In this document: positions 1 through 8,268 of the stretch, piece after piece
Position numbering within the stretch: position 1 is the first letter of the stretch
How the letters are laid out: each line of letters begins with the position of its first letter
From: a virus
Taxonomy: Duplodnaviria > Caudoviricetes
IMG/VR virus record: IMGVR_UViG_3300037524_000965
Span: 1-41,017 of that record
Direction: 5' to 3' (one strand)
DNA: 41,017 nt
The notes under the pieces: model-generated
Database searches by the model: none
What the model saw: the letters and a program-made list of their open reading frames with translations, nothing else
Told to the model about the DNA's origin: nothing
Program-made: the position numbers and the translations under genes

Positions 1-127
1 GGCACCAACTACAAGATCCTTAGCGACGAGCCGGTTAACCACCATCCGTTCGCTGTCTTCACCTCAGAGATCCAGCCGCATGTGTTCCACCCGATCTCGG
101 TGGCTGAGGACACCATGCAGGATCAGG
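1..127. repeat. Terminal direct repeat (circular assembly overlap), left copy
   Basis: Identical to 40891-41017. It lies inside the portal ORF, and 127 is a common assembler k-mer, so it marks circularity rather than a biological DTR. Confidence 0.95.
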
Positions 128-1314
128 ACGCACAGACCGCCCTGCTGCGTTCCATCATCAACAACACAGCTCTGGTCAACTCGCCGCGCACCGAGGTCAA
201 TGAGAACGTCGTCAACATGGACGACATCAAGAGCGGCGCAATCGGTGCCATCATTCGTGTGGCGCAGGTCGGGCAGATCAACGAGCTGACCACACCGTTC
301 GTCGCCGGCCAGACCCTGCCAGTGCTGCAGTACCTGAATGATGTGTTCGAGGCACGCACAGGCATCACCGCCCTGAGCCAAGGCACCAGTAGCGACGCGC
401 TGCAGTCCACCTCGTCTGTGGCTGCCAACGCTGCAGTAACAGCCGCCGACGCGCGCATTGAGATGATGGCGCGCAACCTTGCCGAGACAGGCCTGACTGA
501 CCTGTTCCTGTGCATCCTGCGCACCTCAATGCACTCGCTGCAAGGCGCTCAGTCCATCCGCGTTGAGAACGGGTTTCAGAGCGTGCGGCCTGATCTGTGG
601 CACGACATGCTGTCGGTCAAGGTCAATGTTGGCATGGGCTCTGGTCGCCTCAACGAGAAGCGCCAAGCCCTGATGGCCTTGGTGCCCATTCAGCAGCAGA
701 TTGTTCAGACCCTTGGGCTGAGCAACCCTCTGTGCTCGTGGAACAACATGCGCGAGACCATTGCCGACTTGCTGCGGCTCAATGGTGTTGTCACCACCAC
801 CAAGTACTTCCCGATGGTGGACGAGGCAATGCTGGCAGAGCTTGACAAGAAGCAGGCCGAAGCTGCCCAGCGCAAGGAAGGCATTGCTCTTCAGGCCGCC
901 AAGCAGCAGATGGACGCCATGCAGGCTATGGTCAGGGTCGAGCAGCAGAAGGCTCAGCTCAAGTTCCAGACCGACATGGCCAGCATGCAGCAGAAGTTCA
1001 CAACCGAGATCAACACCCTGAAGGCTCAGCTCGTTGAGGCCAAGGCCAAGCAGGACCTCGAGATGACCAAGGTGTATCTCGAGGACGACCGCGTGCGTGA
1101 CAAGAACGACCAGGACTTCTCTGTCAATGTGCAGAAGACCATGATGGATCAGGCGCGTGTCGCCGCCACCATGGAGCGCGTTGATGAGCCGAGGGTTGAT
1201 GGCGTCCCTGAGGACGTCATGCGTGAGGAAACCGCTGAACCAATGCAGGAGGATGCAAATGAGTCAGCAGCAGAGTACCAGCTCCAGCCTGAGTCCGAGC
1301 CGCCCGGACGATGA
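1..1314 (+). CDS. Portal protein, C-terminal part (gene starts at 39928 and crosses the junction; about 758 aa in total)
   Basis: Frame 1 is open from base 1 and in frame with 39928-40890. It sits between TerL and scaffold, has portal-like segments (RTGITALSQG, RIEMMARNLAETG, VKVNVGMG) and a C-terminal coiled coil. Confidence 0.9.
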   Translation, partial: GTNYKILSDEPVNHHPFAVFTSEIQPHVFHPISVAEDTMQDQDAQTALLRSIINNTALVNSPRTEVNENVVNMDDIKSGAIGAIIRVAQVGQINELTTPFVAGQTLPVLQYLNDVFEARTGITALSQGTSSDALQSTSSVAANAAVTAADARIEMMARNLAETGLTDLFLCILRTSMHSLQGAQSIRVENGFQSVRPDLWHDMLSVKVNVGMGSGRLNEKRQALMALVPIQQQIVQTLGLSNPLCSWNNMRETIADLLRLNGVVTTTKYFPMVDEAMLAELDKKQAEAAQRKEGIALQAAKQQMDAMQAMVRVEQQKAQLKFQTDMASMQQKFTTEINTLKAQLVEAKAKQDLEMTKVYLEDDRVRDKNDQDFSVNVQKTMMDQARVAATMERVDEPRVDGVPEDVMREETAEPMQEDANESAAEYQLQPESEPPGR

Positions 1315-1534
1315 GCTCACAGCGCGGCGCAAGGAGCTGATCAGGCAGGTTGTCGACAACCCATTGTTCAAGGAGATGATCGCCAGCATCCGTGGCGGCA
1401 TCGCAATGGAAATGCTGAACGAGACAGATGAAGCTCGCCGAGCTGCGCTGTTTTATGAGAACCAGGCGCTGACACGCATCGTGCAGCTGCTGACCAAGAC
1501 CGCCAATGAGGTGAAAGCCAATGTCCGTAACTGA
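1259..1534 (+). CDS. Small helical head-morphogenesis-region protein (91 aa)
   Basis: AGGAGG at 1247-1252 precedes ATG 1259. It overlaps the portal end and the scaffold start. Confidence 0.65.
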   Translation: MSQQQSTSSSLSPSRPDDELTARRKELIRQVVDNPLFKEMIASIRGGIAMEMLNETDEARRAALFYENQALTRIVQLLTKTANEVKANVRN

Positions 1535-2627
1535 TACCGCCGCCCCGACCGCCCCGACCACTGCTCCGGCTGCAGCGGCAACGCCTGCGCCCAGCTCCAG
1601 CGGAGAAGTCTCAATCGAAGACGTTGCTGCGACCCTCCTGCAGCGTCCGGAGCCGCCCAAGGGCAAGGCCCAGCCCAAGGCTGAACCTGCTCCAGCGACC
1701 ACCGCAGCCACAGAGAACGACGATTCTGACGAGGAGGCCACCTCGCAGCCCGAAACTGCCCTGCAGGACGGCGAGCCCAGCCCTGACGACCTCATTGACG
1801 AGGACGTAGAGGCTGCCGCCAGCGACGAGGACGACGACAACGTCGACATCGACGATGCAGAAGTTGATGTTGTGGTCGATGGCGCCGCCAAGAAGGTCAC
1901 GCTGCGCGAGCTGAAGGCCAATTACTCGGCTGAGGGAGCCATCGAGCGCCGCATTCAGGAGGCCACGCAGGCGCGTGACGTTGTGTTCCAGCAGGGCCAC
2001 GCACTGCACAACGCTCTGACGGCTGTGGCTGAACGGCTGCAGCGGCTGGATGCCATTGTCGCTGAGGACGCACCGCCCAACATCGACTGGGAAAAGCTGC
2101 GTGCCACTGATCCGGCCAAGTATCTGCTTGAGCGCGAGCGGTTCCGCGAGGTCAGCGAGAAGCGTGCCATCATCGCCGCCGAGAAGCAGAAGCTCGAGCA
2201 GCAGCAGAGCTGGCTGCAGCAGCAGCAGACCGAGCACATTCGCCGCACCGAGACCGCCCAGCTGCTGAGCAAGATGCCTGAGCTGGCTGATCCGGCCAAG
2301 GGCAAGGCGATTGTTGACAATATGATGCGTTCTGCAACAGACTACTACGGCTTCAAGCCCGAGGAAGTCTCTGGGGTACTTGATCACCGCCAGCTCATGG
2401 TGCTACGCGACGCTATCAAGTACCGGGAATTGCTGGCACGCAAGTCTGCCGGCCAGCAGAAGACTGCGCCAGAGGCTGTGAAGCCGCTGCTGCGGCCAGC
2501 CGCCTCAAACGCAACAAAGAAGGCATCCGACGTCCAGTCAAAAGCCCGTGAAAAGCTGTTGATCAAGGCACGCAAATCAGGCAAGGTTGAGGACGTAGCT
2601 GCACTTCTCATTGCACAGAAGCGCTAG
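1521..2627 (+). CDS. Capsid scaffolding protein
   Basis: Acidic disordered N-terminus, VVVDG..KVTLRELKANY motif, coiled coil and basic C-terminus; directly upstream of the capsid gene. Confidence 0.85.
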   Translation: MSVTDTAAPTAPTTAPAAAATPAPSSSGEVSIEDVAATLLQRPEPPKGKAQPKAEPAPATTAATENDDSDEEATSQPETALQDGEPSPDDLIDEDVEAAASDEDDDNVDIDDAEVDVVVDGAAKKVTLRELKANYSAEGAIERRIQEATQARDVVFQQGHALHNALTAVAERLQRLDAIVAEDAPPNIDWEKLRATDPAKYLLERERFREVSEKRAIIAAEKQKLEQQQSWLQQQQTEHIRRTETAQLLSKMPELADPAKGKAIVDNMMRSATDYYGFKPEEVSGVLDHRQLMVLRDAIKYRELLARKSAGQQKTAPEAVKPLLRPAASNATKKASDVQSKAREKLLIKARKSGKVEDVAALLIAQKR

Positions 2628-2725
2628 CTGCCCCGCCGCGACAGCCTCTGAGCTAGGGATCTGGGTAGATTTGAATCTTGGTGCTCACGACAGCCACGAG
2701 CTAGGAGCAAAGGCCGAGAAACGAG
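2628..2725 (+). promoter_or_regulatory. Structured intergenic leader of the capsid gene with a duplicated CGACAGCC-N2/3-GAGCTAGG motif
   Basis: Copies at 2639-2657 and 2688-2705, each enclosed by a potential outer stem. Confidence 0.5.
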
Positions 2726-2753
2726 CGAAACCTGAACCCATGAGGACATCACA

Positions 2754-3722
2754 ATGGCCGTCGCTGCCAACGCACTCGAAACCTATGACTCTGTAACGAT
2801 CCGCGAGGATCTGTCGGACGCGGAGAACATGATCTCTCCGACCGAAACCCCGTTCATCTCGATGATCGCGGGCACCAACAGCGCCACCAACAAGTACCAT
2901 GAGTGGCCGCTGCTTGAGCTCTCGGCTGTTGACACCGCCAACCGTGTGGCGGAAGGCGAAGACGCTCCGGCAGTTGATGCGCCGGACGTTGCCCACAGGC
3001 GCGGTAACTACACCCAGATCTCCGACAAGGTGGTCAAGGTGTCGGATACCTCGCAGCAGGTTGACGGTGCGGCCAACATCGAGAAACTCTCCAAGCAGGT
3101 CGCGTACAAGCTCAAGGAGCTGAAGCGCGACAAGGAAGCCATGCTGACTGGCTCGTTCGCGGCCATCGGTGGCTCCACTGGCGTGGCTCGTCAGGCTGCG
3201 AGCTTTGTCGCTCACATCATCACCAACCGCACCATGGGTGCGACTGGTACAGCTCCGACGCTCAGCGATGCGCCGAACGGCTACATCGACAGCGCAGGCA
3301 CTGCAGGCACCCCTGCGGCGCTGACGGAAGACATGCTGAACATTGCCATGCAGGCTGCATGGACGCAGGGTGGCAATCCGAAGTATGCCTTGGTGTCGCC
3401 GACCAACAAGCGGCTCATCACCAAGACCTTCACCGGCTACGCCACCAAGTACAAGGACTCGGAGAACAAGCAGATCGTCGCTGCTGTTGACATCTACGAG
3501 TCGGACTTCGGGCGGCTCTCGATCGTTCCGAGCCGCTTCAGCCGCACCACCGACGTGCTGTTGATCGATCCTGACTACGTCAAGGTCTCCAACCTGCAGC
3601 CGACCCGGCAGCTCGAGCTGGCTCGTACCGGCCACACCGAGAACCGCCTGATCCAGTCGGAGTACACGCTTGAGGTTGGCAACGAGAAGGCCCACGCGGC
3701 CATCGTTGACACCACCGGCTAA
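2754..3722 (+). CDS. Major capsid protein (SU10/DUF5309-like)
   Basis: Motifs REDLSD..ISPTETPF, NYTQI, ELKRDKE, YESDFG and EYTLEV.NEKAH; 322 aa; GAGGA RBS. Confidence 0.9.
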   Translation: MAVAANALETYDSVTIREDLSDAENMISPTETPFISMIAGTNSATNKYHEWPLLELSAVDTANRVAEGEDAPAVDAPDVAHRRGNYTQISDKVVKVSDTSQQVDGAANIEKLSKQVAYKLKELKRDKEAMLTGSFAAIGGSTGVARQAASFVAHIITNRTMGATGTAPTLSDAPNGYIDSAGTAGTPAALTEDMLNIAMQAAWTQGGNPKYALVSPTNKRLITKTFTGYATKYKDSENKQIVAAVDIYESDFGRLSIVPSRFSRTTDVLLIDPDYVKVSNLQPTRQLELARTGHTENRLIQSEYTLEVGNEKAHAAIVDTTG

Positions 3723-3730
3723 TGCCAATG

Positions 3731-3762
3731 GCCCCAGCCCAATCAAGGGCTGGGGCTTTCTC
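3731..3762 (+). terminator. Stem-loop after the capsid gene (probably a leaky terminator)
   Basis: GCCCCAGCCC-aatcaa-GGGCTGGGGC (10 bp stem) followed by TTTCTC. Confidence 0.7.
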
Positions 3763-3776
3763 CTGAGGAGGACCGA

Positions 3777-4049
3777 ATGCCTAAGCCGTTTCGCAAGAAG
3801 GAAACGAAGGTCTCTTGGTGCAAGTGCGTGCCAATCAAGACCAAGCTGATGGACCCTTACAGCCCGCGCATGATTGATGTGGGCGAGGAGTACATCCTCT
3901 CTGACAGCCACGCCGATTACCTTGTGGCCACTGGAATGGTCAAGGTGATTGAGGACGATGTCCCTTCGCCTTGGGAGCCCAAGCCTGCTCCTGCTCCGGT
4001 GGTTGAAGTTGCTAAGCCCAAGCCCACCTACAGCAAGGCGGTGGACTGA
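3777..4049 (+). CDS. Hypothetical head-region protein
   Basis: GAGGAGG RBS; coupled to the next gene via TGATG. Confidence 0.7.
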   Translation: MPKPFRKKETKVSWCKCVPIKTKLMDPYSPRMIDVGEEYILSDSHADYLVATGMVKVIEDDVPSPWEPKPAPAPVVEVAKPKPTYSKAVD

Positions 4050-4336
4050 TGGCCAAGGAGGAGTTCTTCTTCGAGAATGGCGGGCGGACGATGATCATCC
4101 GCCGCACCGAGGACGTTGAGCCCATCATTGAGGCTGTCAAGCAGGACAGGAACAACCTCGACAATGGATTCAGCCTCTCGCGCAACTATCGTAAGATCGG
4201 ATCCCTCCCCAACATCATCATTGAAAAGTGGCTGCGCGAGAAAGGCATCAACCTGCTCGCACCAGAGAATGAGAAGCATCTCAGGGCTGCTCTCAACGAG
4301 ATGAATGCCTTCAGAACGGTGGATAAGCCACTATGA
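4049..4336 (+). CDS. Hypothetical virion-module protein
   Basis: Overlapping start/stop codons at both ends; located between capsid and adaptor. Confidence 0.7.
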   Translation: MAKEEFFFENGGRTMIIRRTEDVEPIIEAVKQDRNNLDNGFSLSRNYRKIGSLPNIIIEKWLREKGINLLAPENEKHLRAALNEMNAFRTVDKPL

Positions 4337-4968
4337 CACAGCTCTGGCCTACGTATGCGGCTTGGGTGAGTGGGGTCCGTGACTTCCTGAACGTCGCGGA
4401 CTTCACTGACACCCAGATCCAGGTGTTCCTGGCACTGGCTCAGGTGCGTCTCAATCGCGAGCTGCGAGGCTTCCACATCGAGAAGGTAGCCACAATCACC
4501 GCGACCAGCAGCCAGACAGACCTCAGCGCTGCGATTCCTGACTTTGCTAAGATCAGGCTGGTGAACGAGCCTGGTGGTGTGGCGCTGCGCACAATGGCCA
4601 TCAACGAGATCATTGATGCCTACTCAGCCAGTGCCAACATCACTGGCAATCCGCGCTACTACTGCATCGCTGAAGGCCAGCTTTACCTCTACCCACCGCC
4701 TGCCAGCACTGGGGTGCAGCTTGAGGTGCGCTACTACAAGGCTGTCACTCCGATCTCGCCGACAGTTGACACCAACGAATACACCGAGTTCTACTCAGAC
4801 GCGCTGCTGTATGCTGCTTGCCTTGAGTCGGCTACTTACCTCGAAGATGACGAGCGCGTGCCGATGTGGGAGAACAAGTACATGCAAGCAGCCAAGGGTG
4901 CTTACCTTGAAGGCAACGCCATCAAGATGGGCTCAACACCACTGGTGCGAGAAGTGAGGACAAGCTAA
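4333..4968 (+). CDS. Head-tail adaptor (podovirus tail tubular A/adaptor-like)
   Basis: AQVRLNRELR, G.PRYY, LYLYPPP, YY and DALLYAAC pattern typical of podoviral adaptors. Confidence 0.75.
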   Translation: MTQLWPTYAAWVSGVRDFLNVADFTDTQIQVFLALAQVRLNRELRGFHIEKVATITATSSQTDLSAAIPDFAKIRLVNEPGGVALRTMAINEIIDAYSASANITGNPRYYCIAEGQLYLYPPPASTGVQLEVRYYKAVTPISPTVDTNEYTEFYSDALLYAACLESATYLEDDERVPMWENKYMQAAKGAYLEGNAIKMGSTPLVREVRTS

Positions 4969-5204
4969 TGGCTAATCTCAATGACCAAATTCCGGCACAT
5001 GCCGCTGCAGTGACACCATCAGACACTGTCAGCAATCAGGGTGTGGCGCTGTACATCGGCGGTGATGGCAATGTCGTGCTGATGCCTGAGAGTGGCACAG
5101 TGGCTGTCACCTTCACTGCCATGAAGGCTGGCACAATCTTGCCATTTCGCTTCAAGAGGGTGATGGCAGCGACCACCGCCACACTGCTTGTGAGGATGTG
5201 GTAA
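4968..5204 (+). CDS. Head spike base protein (RcGTA Rcc01079-like)
   Basis: 78 aa with AAAVTPSD..ALYIGGDGNV..VTF..AGTILP.R.KRV.A.T.AT, matching the RcGTA spike-base family pattern. Confidence 0.8.
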   Translation: MANLNDQIPAHAAAVTPSDTVSNQGVALYIGGDGNVVLMPESGTVAVTFTAMKAGTILPFRFKRVMAATTATLLVRMW

Positions 5205-5320
5205 TGAAGGTCGCAATCGCAATCGCTGCCGGCGGCATCATCACACTGCCAAGGATTGTGCATGAGGTGGTGCAGCCGCCTCCGCTGGTTCGTACAGCAC
5301 CCAAGGGCAAAGGCAAATGA
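5204..5320 (+). CDS. 38-aa peptide, possible minimal head-spike fibre (not in the ORF track)
   Basis: MKVAIAIAAGGIITLPRIVHEVVQPPPLVRTAPKGKGK; TAATG overlap upstream and ATGA overlap downstream. Confidence 0.65.
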   Translation: MKVAIAIAAGGIITLPRIVHEVVQPPPLVRTAPKGKGK

Positions 5321-6072
5321 GCACATTCACCCCAGTCCTCAATCTCGAGAAGCCTACGGTCTTTGGCGACATTGATGCCTGGGGACCGATGCTAAATGGC
5401 AACTCGGACAAGCTTGATGCCTTGTTCTCAGCTGGCCCTGTGCTGAAGCTGACGAATGGTGGCACTGGCGCAGTTGATGCTGCTGGCGCTCGCACCAACC
5501 TTGGGCTTGGAACCCTATCAACCAAGGACGATACAGCCTCTGGCAGTGACAACATTGCCTACACACGCTACAACTGGGGCTGGAAAGCTCTTGATTGGAA
5601 TGACATTGCCAATCGCCCTGCGAGCTTCCCGCCGAGCGCTCACACCCATGATTGGTCAACTGGCATCACAGGCAAGCCCACAACCATCTCGGGCTATGGC
5701 ATCACAGACGCCTACACCAAGACCGAGGTGTACACCAAGACTGAGGTCGATAACAGCCTCGCTGGCAAGCAGAACATCGGTGTCTACTCTGGCACACTTG
5801 ATGCTGCTGCGTCTCGTGAGATTGCCAACTCAGACCTCGGCAAGCTGCTGGTGTCTTCAGTTGCAGTGACACTGACCTTGAACGCTGAGACCATGGCAGT
5901 GGGGTCGCGCGTCGACCTGATTGCCTCAGGCGGTGCAATCACGCTCGCAGCCACTGGCGGCAAGACCATCCTGTCTCTCGGCAATAAGCTGAAAGTTACA
6001 ACTGCTGGCGGTGCAGCGACTCTTACCAAGATCAGCGCGACTGTGTGGCATCTCGGGGGATCGCTCGAATGA
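5317..6072 (+). CDS. Tail fibre protein
   Basis: N-terminal LNLEKP..WGPMLN.N.DKLD anchor, GGTGA..AAGARTNLGLG, FPPSAHTH and KPTTISGYGITDAYTKTEV fibre repeats. Confidence 0.85.
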   Translation: MSTFTPVLNLEKPTVFGDIDAWGPMLNGNSDKLDALFSAGPVLKLTNGGTGAVDAAGARTNLGLGTLSTKDDTASGSDNIAYTRYNWGWKALDWNDIANRPASFPPSAHTHDWSTGITGKPTTISGYGITDAYTKTEVYTKTEVDNSLAGKQNIGVYSGTLDAAASREIANSDLGKLLVSSVAVTLTLNAETMAVGSRVDLIASGGAITLAATGGKTILSLGNKLKVTTAGGAATLTKISATVWHLGGSLE

Positions 6073-7433
6073 TCATGCGGCCATTCTGGTCCTCTGCTTC
6101 TGCTTCTAATAAGCGCCTGATCATGACTGGCGCTTCAGTGGACTATGGCAGCGCCACGAACTCCATGGTGCTACCTGCAGACAGGGTCTTTCCGGGTGGC
6201 ATTGCTCTTGCGTTCTGGACCAACCGTGACAACGCCAGCTTGCCAGCCACACCATCAGGCTGGACTCTGCTGCAGAGCGGCGTACTTGGCACCAACCATT
6301 CTGGCATAGTTTTTGGCAAGAAGACACCTGTCTCGCAAGTTGAGACCTTAACTCTGAGTGTGACGGGCAAGAACGGTTCGATCTGGGGAATGAAGTACGA
6401 GGATGGCAGCCCAATTGCAGGCTTGCGCCTTGGCTCCAACAGCCCCGCACCTGTGGTCAGCAACATCAGCGGCACTGTCTCCAACATCGCAGCCACCAAG
6501 CTCGATCAGGAGTTGCTGTTTGCGCTTGGCCTGCTGTGGCAGCGCGGTGATCTTACGATCGCAGAAGCCATCACTGGCCTTGAGGGTAGTGCTTCTACGC
6601 TAGCTTTGTTCAGCTTTGAAAGCGCCAGTGATGCTTTCAGAGGGGTGTTCGCCCCAGACGAGTCCGCCATCCGTGCAGCCACAGGTGCCATCAACTTTGG
6701 AGCATCAGGCTTGACCAGCGGCAACTCGATGGTTCACATGCCTGTGATCCTTGATCTGTCCGAGCCTCCGCCCGCACTCACCGCAACGTATCGTGGCGCA
6801 GGGCAGTCGGCTGTTGACGCTGCTGCAGGTAGCACTTACACCTTCAACCAAGCATTGACCATCCCGGGATCGGCAGACCGCTATGTGGTTGTGGCTGTCG
6901 GGTTGATTGCAATTGCAGGAGCCAACGTTGCCCCACTGCCGAGCAGCGTCACAGTGGATGGCGTTCCGCTGACGCTAATCAAGCAACTTGGATCAACTCC
7001 AGGGTCTGGCATCTCGACAGCCCTGTTCGGTGGCATTGTCGATACTCCTGCAACGACAGTGAGTGTCTTGGTGACGAACAGCGTAGCGACTGCCAGCGGC
7101 TGCTGCATCGCGACAGCCACGATCACCGGCTCTCCGAACGTCAGTCCTGTGTGGTCAGATGCGCAGGCCTATGCCAACGGTGATGCCAACCTCGGCACGC
7201 ACTCTCTTGAGCCGGGTGAGTGCATGATCTTCTTTGGCAACCACTTCGGAGACACAGCAACCTTCACATGGGTGGGCGCAACAGAGTCGAACGAACTCAA
7301 CTATGACACCCGTGCGCGCACCTCGATGGCGCTCCGCAACAACACTGGGTCTTCTGCTTCATCGCAGACAACTAGCTTCACATCATCTGGCGGTGATGGC
7401 GTGTTCGCCTATGGCAAGTTCTCGATAGTGTGA
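6069..7433 (+). CDS. Putative receptor-binding or fibre-tip protein with two beta-rich domains
   Basis: ATGA-coupled to the fibre gene; Ser/Thr/Gly/Ala-rich beta-strand pattern (TPSGWT; RYVVVAV..VTVDGVPLT). Confidence 0.6.
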   Translation: MIMRPFWSSASASNKRLIMTGASVDYGSATNSMVLPADRVFPGGIALAFWTNRDNASLPATPSGWTLLQSGVLGTNHSGIVFGKKTPVSQVETLTLSVTGKNGSIWGMKYEDGSPIAGLRLGSNSPAPVVSNISGTVSNIAATKLDQELLFALGLLWQRGDLTIAEAITGLEGSASTLALFSFESASDAFRGVFAPDESAIRAATGAINFGASGLTSGNSMVHMPVILDLSEPPPALTATYRGAGQSAVDAAAGSTYTFNQALTIPGSADRYVVVAVGLIAIAGANVAPLPSSVTVDGVPLTLIKQLGSTPGSGISTALFGGIVDTPATTVSVLVTNSVATASGCCIATATITGSPNVSPVWSDAQAYANGDANLGTHSLEPGECMIFFGNHFGDTATFTWVGATESNELNYDTRARTSMALRNNTGSSASSQTTSFTSSGGDGVFAYGKFSIV

Positions 7434-8020
7434 TGATGGACAAGGACAAGTTCTTCGAGCTCATTCGCCCGATCTTCGGCAAGCTCAACTCCTCGCAGGT
7501 GGATGAGCTCAGCTGGGCTTTTGAAGGCATCGAGCAGCAGCTCTATCCGCTGCCATATGTGGCTTATGCACTGGCCACTGTGTTCCATGAGACCGCACGC
7601 ACAATGAAGCCGATCATCGAGTATGGCAGCCGCAGCTACTTCGACAAGTATGAGCCAGGCACCAAGATCGGTGCTAACCTTGGCAATACCAAGAAGGGCG
7701 ATGGCTACCTCTACAGAGGCAGAGGCTACGTTCAGCTGACAGGGAGGCGCAACTATGCCTTTGCAGGTGATAAGCTCAAGGTTCCGCTGCTGGCTGAGCC
7801 AGATCTTGCCTGCGATCGGGAGGTGGCACGAGCCATCTTGCGAGACGGAATGGTCGAAGGCTGGTTCACAGGCAAGAAGTCAAGTGACTATCTCGACAAG
7901 CGACCCGCTGATTATCGCTCAGCTCGCCGCATTATCAATGGCCTCGACAAAGCAGATCTCATTGCAGACTACGCAAAACAATTCGAGCGTGCACTCAAGG
8001 GATCAGGTTACGCGAAATGA
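7433..8020 (+). CDS. Endolysin, glycoside hydrolase family 19-like
   Basis: AYALATVFHET, LGNT..GDGYLYRGRGYVQLTGRRNY and ARRIING motifs. Confidence 0.9.
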   Translation: MMDKDKFFELIRPIFGKLNSSQVDELSWAFEGIEQQLYPLPYVAYALATVFHETARTMKPIIEYGSRSYFDKYEPGTKIGANLGNTKKGDGYLYRGRGYVQLTGRRNYAFAGDKLKVPLLAEPDLACDREVARAILRDGMVEGWFTGKKSSDYLDKRPADYRSARRIINGLDKADLIADYAKQFERALKGSGYAK

Positions 8021-8265
8021 GCGATGAGCAGAAGAAAACTGCCTTTGATATCGTCCGCGCTGGGTTCTATCTCATCGCGGCGATTCTGGCGTTTCACATG
8101 CTCATTGTCTTTTTGCTGACCCTGTCTTGCACCTACGCAACTTTGTGGGATCTGCCGGCCAGCGAAAAGTGCCAGGACCTCAAAGCTCTGCTGTCTGACA
8201 TTCTCACTGGTGGTTTGGCGTCAGCGTTGGCATTTGTCGGCGGACGAAGTGTGCCTAAGGAGTGA
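8017..8265 (+). CDS. Putative holin
   Basis: 82 aa with two hydrophobic segments; overlaps the endolysin stop. Confidence 0.55.
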   Translation: MSDEQKKTAFDIVRAGFYLIAAILAFHMLIVFLLTLSCTYATLWDLPASEKCQDLKALLSDILTGGLASALAFVGGRSVPKE

Positions 8266-8268
8266 ATC

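Noticed and set aside
1-127. 127-bp terminal repeat as a biological DTR or attachment site
   Set aside because: It falls inside the portal ORF and equals a standard assembler k-mer length; it only shows circular or permuted assembly.
5713-5748. 18-bp tandem repeat (YTKTEV x2) in the tail fibre as a DGR or phase-variation signal
   Set aside because: Ordinary fibre repeat; no reverse transcriptase, TR/VR pair or invertase is present.
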